Positions 1 through 9,794 of a DNA stretch of 64,000 bases are shown here, piece by piece (position 1 is the first letter of the stretch; each line of letters starts with the position of its first letter). Source of the stretch: Squalus acanthias (Eukaryota); assembly GCA_030390025.1 (NCBI GenBank), contig CM059425.1:173416001-173480000 (forward strand), given 5' to 3'. The translations under genes and the position numbers were made by a program. The notes under the pieces were generated by a model. It was not told the origin of the DNA. It was given only the letters and a program-made list of their open reading frames with translations, and did not search any database.

Positions 1-2288
1 TGGAAGTCCGGGACACTTTAGGTGTCCAGGGCGAACACATGTGCAGGAAGTGTCTCCAGCTGCAGCTACTCGAAATCCGCGTTTCGGAGCTGGAGCTGCG
101 GCTGGAGTCACTGTGGAGCATCCGCGAAGCTGAGATCTTCGTGGATAGCACGGTTAACAAGGTGGTCACACCGCAGGTAAAGAGTGTACAGGCAGACAGG
201 GAATGGGTGACCACCAGACAGAGTAAAAGAACTAGGAAGGTAGTGCAGAAATCCCCTGGGTCCATCTCCCTCTCCGACAGATTTTCCGTTTTGGATACTG
301 ATGGGGGAGAGGGTTTCTCAGGGGAATGCAGCAAGAGCCAAGTCTGTGGCACTACGACTGGCTCAGCTGCACAGGAGGGGAGGAAAAAGAGTGGGAGAGC
401 AATAGTGATAGGGGATTCTATCGTAAGCGGCACAGATAGACGTTTCTGTGGCCGCAGACGTGACTCCAGGATGGTATGTTGCCTCCCTGGTGCCAGGGTC
501 AAGGATGTCACTGAACGGCTGCAGGGCATTCTGAAGGGGGAGGGCGAACAGTCAGAGGTTGTGGTTCACATTGGTACCAACGACATGGGTAGAAAGAAGG
601 ATGAGGTCCTGCGACAAGAATTTAGGGAGCTAGGCAGCAGATTAAAAAGCAGGACCTCAAAGGTTGTAATCTCTGGATTACTCCCGGTGTCACGTGCTAG
701 TGAGTATAGGAATAGGAGGATAGAGCAGATGAATGCGTGGCTAAAGAGTTGGTGCAGGTGGGAGGGCTTTAGTTTCCTGGATCACTGGGTCTGCTTCTGG
801 GGAAGGTGGGACCTGTACAAGTCGGATGGGTTGCACCTGAACCGGAACGGGACCAACATCCTTGCGGGGAGGTTTCCTAGTACTGTTGCGGGGGGATTAA
901 ACTAACTTGGCAGGGGGATGGGAAACGGAGTGGAGCTATAGTAGGGGGTGATGCACAACCAAATATAGAGGAACAAACAAGTAAGCCTGGAAGGCAGAGC
1001 AAATATGTAACAGCACAAAGGAGTATGGCAAGGCTGGATGGCATTTATTTTAATGCAAGGAGTCTTGCGAGTAAGGCAGATGAATTGAAGGTGTTGATGA
1101 ACACATGGGAGTATGATATTGTTGCTATCACAGAGACATGGTTGAGGGAGGGGCAGGACCGGCAGCTCAATATTCCGGGGTATAGAATCTTCAGGTGAGA
1201 CAGAGGGGGGTGTAAAAGAGGAGGGGGTGTCGCAATATTAATCAAGGAGCCAATTACTGCTGTAAGGAGGGATGATATCTTAACAGGTTCCTCAAATGAG
1301 GCCATATGGGTAGAACTTAAAAACAAAAAGGGGGCAAGCACTTTGCTGGGAGTGTACTATAGGCCCCCAAACAGTCAGGGGGAGATAGAGGAACAGATAT
1401 GTAGGCAAATCTCAGAGAAGTGTAGAAATAATAGGGTAATAATAGTAGGGGATTTCAACTTCCCCAATATTAACTGGGATAGTCAGAGTGTCAAAGGCTT
1501 AGAGGATGCGGAATTCTTAAAGTGCATCCAGGAGAGCTTTTTGAGCCAGCATGTAGAAAGTCTGACAAGAGAGGGGGCGGTACTGGACCTAATTCTAGGG
1601 AATGTAGCTAGGCAAGTGGTAGAAGTGTTACTAGGAGAGCATTTTGGTGACAGTGACCATAATTCGGTGAGATTTAAGGTAGTCATGGAAAAGGACAAAG
1701 ATGGACCGGAGATAAAGGTTCTAAATTGGGGGAAGGCCAATTTTAATATGATAAGGCAGGATCTGGCCAAAGTGGAATGGGGTCAGCTACTTGTAGGAAA
1801 ATCCACATCAGAGCAGTGGGAGTCTTTCAGAAAGGAAATAGAGAGAGTACAACGGCAACATGTTCCCGTAAAGGTCAAGGGTGGGACCAACAAGCCCAGG
1901 GAACCCTGGATGTCAACGGATATACGAGAATGGATTAGGAAAAAAAGGGAGGCTTTTGGCAGATACAAAGGACTAAAAACAGTGGAAGCCCTGGAGGAGT
2001 ATAGAAAGTGCAGGGGGGTACTTAAAAAAGAAATCAGGAGAGTGAAGAGGGGGCATGAAATAACACTGGCGGGCAAAATAAAGGAAAATCCCAAGGTGTT
2101 TTATAAGTATATTAAGGGCAAGAGGATAACCAGGGAAAGAGTAGGGACCATTAGGGACCAAGGTGGCAATCTGTGAGTAGAGCCGGAAGATGTAGGTGGG
2201 GTTGTAAATGAATATTTTGCATCTATGTTCACTATGGAGAAGGACGATGTAGGCATAGAAATCAGGCAGGGGGATTGTGATATACTTG
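1..2288 (+). mobile_element. CR1 LINE, 5' part (ORF1 plus disrupted ORF2 endonuclease region), 3'-truncated
   Basis: ORF1 39-905 followed by APE motifs (YFNARS, ITETWL, GVYYRPP, GDFNFP, SDHN); in-frame stop near 1196; similarity ends near 2288. Confidence 0.9.
39..905 (+). CDS. CR1 ORF1p: Cys-motif/leucine-zipper N-terminus plus SGNH esterase domain
   Basis: CRKC then heptad leucines; IVIGDSIV, HIGTND and DGLHLN esterase blocks; true start may lie upstream of the window. Confidence 0.85.
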   Translation: MCRKCLQLQLLEIRVSELELRLESLWSIREAEIFVDSTVNKVVTPQVKSVQADREWVTTRQSKRTRKVVQKSPGSISLSDRFSVLDTDGGEGFSGECSKSQVCGTTTGSAAQEGRKKSGRAIVIGDSIVSGTDRRFCGRRRDSRMVCCLPGARVKDVTERLQGILKGEGEQSEVVVHIGTNDMGRKKDEVLRQEFRELGSRLKSRTSKVVISGLLPVSRASEYRNRRIEQMNAWLKSWCRWEGFSFLDHWVCFWGRWDLYKSDGLHLNRNGTNILAGRFPSTVAGGLN

Positions 2289-2782
2289 TGATATGTCTTG
2301 CTGGAAGAGGCTGGACATAACAATGACCACCCAGCCATTTACACAGAGCAATTAGCTGCTGAAACCATAGCCTCAAGTGCTGCCACATTCTCACTAGCTG
2401 CGCTGTGTATTCTTACTTGCGCAAGCACCAGCGCAGAGACCCCCACTTAGGAGGAAGTAGCTGTCAGTGGGTGAAGTGAGAATGAGGAGTGCAAGACAGG
2501 GAGAGTATCTTTCTTCCACAGAGGGTGAAGAAATTACCATTCTCAGCTTAGGAGGAAAGGAATGCAGATCTCAGGGGCCCGGTCTTCAAAAGAGCTACAA
2601 TTACAGAGCATAGATCTCATGTGCAGGCAGTTTGCCACTCCCCATAGATCAGCATGCCTGAAAGGAAGTGTAAGCAGCTGGCCAGTACTGTCACTGGCTG
2701 CGACATGATTCATAACAAATGGCACAGCTCTGTATCTGGCTGTCTGCTATCTCAGATCCTGTGAAATCTGTTCCCCCTGGTC

Positions 2783-3057
2783 ATAGAAACATAGAAACTA
2801 GGAGCAGAGTAGGCCATTCGGCCCGTCGAGCCTGCTCCACCATTCAATACGATCATGGCTGATCATCCAAGTCCAGTACCCTGTCCCTGCTTTCTCACAC
2901 AGAATCCCCACATCGAGCCTGCACCTATCCCACCCTATCCCCATAACCCCACGTATTTAATTCCCCCTAACATATCCCATCACCCCACATATTTAATCCC
3001 CCCCCCTAACACTAAGGGTCAATTTATCATAGCCAAATCAACCTAACCCGCACATCA
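2783..3057 (-). mobile_element. CR1-type 3' tail joined to a V-SINE (HE1-like) core fragment
   Basis: (catagaaa)2 tail plus 3'UTR stem-loop in reverse orientation; 3005-3057 (actaagggtcaatttatcatagccaaatcaacctaacccgcacatc) resembles the reverse complement of the V-SINE conserved domain, judged from memory. Confidence 0.5.
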
Positions 3058-3317
3058 TTGCCAGGTAACGATGACAAGGCTCTTCCTGATAATTGTTTTG
3101 TTGCAAGATACATACTACATTATTCAATTGCTTAGCATGTAATGCTGAGAGTTATTATCCAGAACCAACCGAGCAGATGCAGGTCTCCTTGATCCTTGTG
3201 GTAACCACAGGATGTATACAGTTTTGTAGAATGCCTGTTGTTTAGAATGGCCAGCTGTCCCACAGGAGTTTATTCCACACCTTGATCCTGCTTCCTCCCG
3301 CCATGCTTGTGGAAGTT

Positions 3318-4903
3318 GAAGTGGTACTGAGCAAATTGTTGGAGCTGCGGGCTGACAAGTCCCCGGGTCCTGATGGACTTCATCCTCGAGTCTTAAAAGA
3401 AGTGGCTAGTGTGTTGGTTTTAATTTTCCAAAATTCCCTAGATTCGGGGAAGGTTCTATTAGATTAGAAAATAGCGAATGTAACTCCTTTATTCAAAAAG
3501 GGAGGGAGACAGAAAGCAAGAAACTACAGGCCAGTTAGCTTAACGTCTGTCATAGGGAAGATGTTAGAAGCTATTATTAAAGACGTTATAGCAGGGCACT
3601 TAGAAAAGTTCACGGTAATCAGGCAGAGTCAACATGGTTTTGTGAAAGGGAAATCACGGAGTTCTTTGAGGAAGTAACATGCTGTGTATAAAGGGGAACC
3701 GGTGGATGTACTGTACTTAGATTTCCAGAAGGCATTTGATAAGGTGCCACATCAAAGGTTATTGCGGAAAATAAAAGCTTATGGTGTAGGGGGTAACATA
3801 TTGGCATGGATAGAAGATTGGCTAGCTAACAGGAAACATAGAGTAGGCATAAATGGGTCATTTTCTGGTTGGCAGGATGTAACGAGTGGTGTACCACAGG
3901 GATCAGTGCTGGGGCCTCAACTTTTTACAATTTATATAAATGACTTGGATGAAGGGACCGAAGGTATGGTTGCTAAATTTGCTGATGAGACAAAGATAGG
4001 TAGGAAAGTAAATTGTGAAGAGGACATAAGGAGGCTACAAAGGGATATAGATAGGTTAAGTGAATGGGCAAAGATCTGGCAAATGGAGTATAATGTGGGA
4101 AAATGTGAAGTTGGCCATTTTGGTAGGAAGAATAAAAAAGAAGCATATTATCTAAATGGTGAGAGATTGCAGAGCTCTGAGATGCAGAGGGATCTGGGTG
4201 TCCTAGTGCATGAATTGCAAAAGGTTAGTATGCAGGTACAGCAAGTAATTAGGAAAGCTAATAGAATGTTATCGTTTATCGCGAGGGGAATTGAATACAA
4301 AAGTAGGGGGGTTATGCTTCAGTTATACAGGGCATCGGTGAGACCACATCTGGAGTACTGTGTACAGTATTGGTCTCCTTATTTAAGGAAGGATGTAAAT
4401 GCATTGGAAGCAGTTCAGAGAAGGTTTACTAGACTAATACCTGGAATGGGCGGGTTGTCTTATGAGGAAAGGTTGGATAGGCTAGGCTTGTATCCGCTGG
4501 AGTTTAGAAGAGTAAGAGGTGACTTGATTGAAACATATAAGATCCTGAGGGGTCTTGACAGGTTGGATGTGGAGAGGATGTTTCCTCTTGTGGGAGAATC
4601 TAGAACCAGGGGTCACTGTTTAAAAATAAGGGGTCGCCCATTTAAGACAGAGATGAGGAGAATTTTTTTCTCACAGAGGGTTGTGAGTCTTTGGAACTCT
4701 TCCTCAGAGGGCGGTGGAAGCAGAGTCTTTGAATATTTTTACGGCAGAGGTAGATAGATTCTTGATAAGCAAGGGGGTGAAAGGTTATTGGGGTAGGCGG
4801 GAATGTGGAGTAATCAGATCAGCCATGATCATATTGAATGGCAGAGCAGACTCGAGGGGCCGAGTGGCCTACTCCTGCTCCTAATTCGTATGTTCGTATG
4901 TAT
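3318..4903 (+). mobile_element. 5'-truncated CR1 LINE (RT and 3' end)
   Basis: ORF 3684-4757 with [32 protein letters not shown]; ends in a 3'UTR hairpin plus (ttcgtatg)n tail. Confidence 0.92.
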
Positions 4904-6131
4904 GTTGTTGTCTAATGCCTGATGACCCACTATCCCTTATATGTCTTATATTCAGTATACTCATGCCCTAATATCCAATGCCTGATTCTCTCATTTCTCT
5001 TATGTCCAATGCCTCTTATGGTCTAAATTCTTTTCATGCCTCTGATCCTAATATCCCTCATTCCTAGTTGCTTCTCTCACTCCACAGACGATCTTCAGGT
5101 TTCCCACCCCACCTAATTTGTCTTCCTACTTCCAAGTCCCTACCCTTTTTAGTCAGTCTATCACCAAGTTCTCTCCACATTGAAATGCATCTAAACATAT
5201 TCTAACCTAAGCTGCCTCCCTGTCTCTCTCTTTCCTATTTAATTAGTGCATATAGGTACCAACGATATAGGTAAAAAACAGGATGAGGTCCTAAAAGCTG
5301 AATATAGGGAGTTAGGAGGTAAATTAAAAAATAGGACCTCTAAGGTAGTAATCTCAGGATTGCTACCGGTGCCACGTGCTAGTCAGTAGAAATAGAAGGT
5401 TATTTGAGATGAATACGTGGCTAGAGGAATGGTGCAAGGGGGAGGGATTCAAATTCCTGGGACATTGGAACCGGTTCTGGGGGAGGTGGGACCAGTACAA
5501 ACTGGACGGTTTGCACCTGGGCAGGACCGGGACTGATGTACTAGGCGGAGTGTTTGCTAGTGCTGTTGGGGAGGGTTTAAATTAAAATGGCAGGGGGTTG
5601 GGAACCTATGCAGGGAAACAGAGGAAAGGGAAGCAAGGATAGAAGCAAAAGAGAGGAAGGAGAAAAGCAAAAGTGGAAGGCAGAGAAATCAAGGGTGTAA
5701 ATCAAACAGGGCTACAGTAAATAATAATTCTAAAAGGAGTAAGAGTGTTAAAAAAACAAGCCTGAAGGCTTTGGGGTAGAAATTAGGTCGCGCCCCATTT
5801 GGGGCGCAAATATCGTCCGGACGCAAATATTAGCGCCTGGTGCTAATTATCGGCACTGACAGGAAACTTCACTTTTACCGCCCCGGGAGGTGAGTGGAGC
5901 GCTAAAGCAGGCGCTGCACACCTGTCTTAAGGCGCAAAGGCCAAGGAGTGAGGCGCTAACTCAGCGCGCGAGCGCAGCGCAGCTGCTGCCAGTTAGCGAG
6001 GGAACACAGACACACTGGCGCCGGACACTTCTTAAAGCGGGGGGGGGGCACTTGCTCCCCAGCCACACCCTGCTCATTGCAGCCTTGAATCTCAGCCTGG
6101 AGAGACCTGTGAATCCATTTTGCTGCCAAGC

Positions 6132-8010
6132 ATGGAGAGGGTGAGAGAACGCGCTCATCACTTCACCGAGCGGGCCTTGGATGCTCTGGTTGGCGCAGTG
6201 GAGAGCAGACGATGTATGCTGTTCCCTGAGAGTGGCAGGAGGCCTTTGCCACGCGAGTTCAGAAGAGTGTGGAGGGAGGTGGCTCAGAGCGTCTCCTCCA
6301 GGAGCATGGTGCCCAGGACCCATACTCAATGCCGCAAAAAGTTCAACGACCTCACTCGGGTCGTCAGGGTGAGTGGCTTTTTCTCAATACCTCTCCATCC
6401 CTCCATCTCAACCTCACTCTATGGCCAGAGGGTCTTAAAACCCCAATGCACAACACTCATCCAACACCGATGGCCCTTTCATGAAACACACACACACATT
6501 CCACACTTTGCATACAGTAAGGGCTATTCACCTATGGGAGGCACATCAGGCAAGACCATGGCTGCATACAGTAAGGGCTATTCACCTATGGGAGGCACAT
6601 CAGGCAAGACCATGGCTGCATACAGTAAGGGCTATTCACCTATGGGAGGCACATCAGGCAAGACCATGGCTGTATATTTACTCAGATGCTGTCCTTTTTC
6701 TTACAGGCCAAGCTGGCGCATAATCGGAGACAGCAGCAACGGACAGGTGGAGGGCGGCCTCAGCTGCAACCCCTCAGCGATCTGGAGGAGCGCGTCCACA
6801 GGATTGTGGCAAGCCGGGTGATCGGTCCCGTCGCCACTGGAGACGCCGACCCCGTTCTGGACAGCAATGGTAAGGTCATCACCTTTTTGTCCTCTGTCCT
6901 TCCACTTGTCCCTCACAACACCAGCCTTTGACACTTTCAATACAACTTGCTAACTCGCTGCACTTATTCCTCCCTTACTGCCACCCTGTCCTCACGCTAA
7001 AGCCACTCTTGTACCTCCCTGCTTTCAGATGGTGATTCACCAGCTGAGGAGACGGGCCCTGAAGCTGCCACTGGGAGTGATGCTGCAGCTGAGGAGGAAG
7101 AGGAAGCCAGAGCATCAGTGCCACCCTCTCCCGAGGAAGCCCATGCCCACACTGGGAACACGCCTTCCCCGGAGGGGAGCAGGGGGGAAGGGGCTGATGA
7201 GGGTGAAGCTCCAGGACCCAGCGGGCTGCAGCAACGCCATGGGGGGGGGGTAGGGAAGAACGGGGGCCTTCTCCCCAGAGGGAGAGTATGCCAGACACTC
7301 CTACTGCAATGGACGCAGAGGAGGAGCGGCTGATTGCAGAAATGAACACCCAGGCGGTGGGCATGCACACTGAGCTCATGGGTGCAGTGGGAAGGGTGCC
7401 CGAATGCATTGAGTCACTGGCAAGGAGTGTGGAGCACTTCGCTGTAGCACAGGCGGATGCCACACTAACGCTTAGTGCTGCAATTCAGTCACTGGCTGCC
7501 GTGATCCCACCTCTGACTGCTCTCATACAGACTCAGATGGAGGCCACGCGAGCACAGACTGCTGCCAACCTCGATGGTTCGTGCACATGTCCCCGGGGCT
7601 GTCACCGCGCCGCAGCAGGCCAGCAATCTGTTCTCCGGCAGATTGCTCCGGATGCTGAAGTGCTGCCCCGTGGGAGTGCCAGTGTGTCGGGCGAGCAGGG
7701 AGTTGCTGTCCTCTCGCACGATGACAGCATTCCTGCTGCCAACACTGTCACTTCTCCACTGCACTTGCCACCGCCTGTAGGACAGACTGCTGCCGCCCAT
7801 GCAGAGTTGGTGCAGTCTGCAGCCGGGCCCTCCAGGCCCAGAACTGGTCGAGGCCGTCCTTCAGGGGCATCTGCAGTGTCAGGGTCTGACGAGCAGCAGC
7901 CTTCCACCAGCCTTGCTGCAGCCACTGAGGTCCCATTACGGAGGAGCAGTAGGGTTAGAAGGGGGGAAGTGCACAAGGGAAGGAGATCACCCTCGAAGGG
8001 CAAAAAGTAG
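6132..8010 (+). CDS. Harbinger Myb/SANT-like DNA-binding protein, 3 exons (6132-6368, 6707-6869, 7029-8010), ~460 aa; frameshift at G10 tract 7241-7250
   Basis: Exon 1 trihelix motif (FTERALDALV...WREVAQ...QCRKKFNDL); canonical sites AGG|GTGAGT, TTACAG|, G|GTAAGG, TTTCAG|; phases 0 and 1 join in frame; basic C-terminus. Confidence 0.85.
6511..6672 (+). repeat. 54-bp minisatellite x3 in Myb gene intron 1
   Basis: catacagtaagggctattcacctatgggaggcacatcaggcaagaccatggctg begins at 6511, 6565 and 6619. Confidence 0.95.
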
Positions 8011-8304
8011 GAGGTGTGACAAAATGCTGGTCATGTTTTTATTAAAGGCCGAGGTTCATGGTCCAACTTTTGTTTAGTGTTTTGGACATTATCTCCAGGT
8101 TGTGAGAACCAGTTATGTTATTGACTGTTTTTTTGTGTTTATTTCTATGAGTTTGTCATGAGGAATTGACACACACAGAGTTTGTAAAATAAATAAGTTT
8201 CTGTATTCAAAATATACATGGCTGGTGGTTGGAATTATTGGTGCCTTGGCCGGCTTAGGGGTTGCGTGCTGGGTTGATTAATGTTGGTAGCAATGGCAGG
8301 GGCC

Positions 8305-9463
8305 CTAGAAGCGGCTTGCTATTAGCCGTTGACGGACGGCCCTTGCAGTTTGACCATTGTGGGCCGCCCTCCCGCCTTGGTGCTGCTGATGATCATCGTC
8401 CTTGTCCTCTTCCTCCTCTTCCTCCTCCTCCTCTGGTGGTGCTACAAGGCCTGGTGGCATTGGCTGGGTCCTGAGGATTGCCATGTTGTGCAACATGCAG
8501 CACACGACTACGAAGTTCGAAACTTGCTCAGGCGAGTACTGCAGGGCTCCTCCGGAATGGTCCAGACAGCGGAACCGTTGTTTCAGCACGCCGATTGTGC
8601 GCTCAATAATGATCCTGGTTGCTTGATGGCTTTCATTGTACCGCAGCTCAGCAGGGGTGTTTGGCGTACGGAGCGGTGTCATCAGCCAGGTGCTCAATGC
8701 GTACCCCTTGTCCCAGAGAAGCCAACCAACTGGCTGATGCGGTGCCTCAAACTTCTGCCACAGTAGTCTGGCGCAGGATGAAAGCATCGTGGCAGCTGCC
8801 AGGATAGTGGGCATTGACAGCGAGTATCACCTGTCTGTGGTCACAGACCAACTGGACATTCAAGGAATGGAACCCCTTTCTGTTCCTGAATTCCTCTGCA
8901 TTCTCTCGCGGAGCACGCAAAGCCACATGTGTGCAGTCAATGGCGCCCTGCACCATGGGGAAGTCCGCTACCCTCGCAAAGCCCAGAGCACGGTCACGCT
9001 GCTTGTCTGGGGTCATAGGGAAAGAGATGAATTCTCGTCTCCTTCTGAAGAGGGCATTGGTGACCTGCCGGATGCAGCGATGCACCGCGAACTGGGAGAT
9101 ATTGGCGAGGTCCCCAACAGCAGCTTGGAATGAGCCAGTGGCGTAGAAGTTCAAAGCCACTGTGACCTTCACTGCCACCGACAGAGACGTCCTGGACCTC
9201 AGCTGAGGCTGCAGATCTGGCTGCAGCAGGTGGCAGAGCTCAGTGACCACCTCCTTGCTGAATCGCAGCCTTCGCAAACACAGCTCCTCGGACATATGGA
9301 TGTAGGAGAGCTGTTCACGATATACCCTGGGAGGGTAAGCTCTCCTGTACATGCGCCTGATGGCCCTCCTCCGTCTGGCCATCATTGCCACTCTCTGTCT
9401 GCGTCTCTGTATCCTCCGATTCAGCTGGAGCAGGACGACGCCCCCAATCAGTGCAGCCCCCAT
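8305..9463 (-). pseudogene. Harbinger (HARBI1-like) DDE transposase with one frameshift near 8750
   Basis: ATG at 9463 (MGAALIGG); GAIDCTH, NRKGFHSLNVQLVCD, YPGSCHD, then a frame change to WLLWDKGY (G>W) and [12 protein letters not shown]; acidic tail. Confidence 0.92.
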
Positions 9464-9647
9464 ATTCTCTTTGCCAGAAAAGTAATGAGGTACAGCAACT
9501 AAAGTAGCAACAAAGTTAGGATGAATAGGCAAAACTACCTCACAAAGCGTTGAGTCAATGTAGAAGTCTCTCTCTCTCTCCGAATCTCTCTCTCAGAACG
9601 AGTGGTGCATAAATGTCGACCACAGAAAAAGACAGGAAGAGGCCCCC

Positions 9648-9794
9648 TTTAAATAGCGCCCCCCCCCCAGCCCCACAGCGATTGATAGCGTTCCAGTCTT
9701 CCGGTCGTTGGAAGCGCCAGGTGGTAAGGCAGGGGGCGCCACTCAATTTCCGCTCCGGGGCGCCCCAAGGGCGTTGCACCATGGAATGACGTCA
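9648..9794 (-). promoter_or_regulatory. Candidate transposase promoter (TATA-like TATTTAAA and CRE palindrome TGACGTCA)
   Basis: TTTAAATA at 9648-9655 and TGACGTCA at 9787-9794 upstream of the ATG; both retained in MITE-A copies. Confidence 0.45.

Noticed and set aside
4905..5060. Loose tgcct/ctaat repeats
   Set aside because: Degenerate low-complexity sequence with no stable unit or structure.
6511..6672. CRISPR-like array
   Set aside because: Head-to-tail identical units with no spacers in eukaryotic DNA; a minisatellite.
6120..6821. 233-aa ORF as the real Myb protein
   Set aside because: It reads through intron 1; conserved splice sites in three paralogues support the spliced model.
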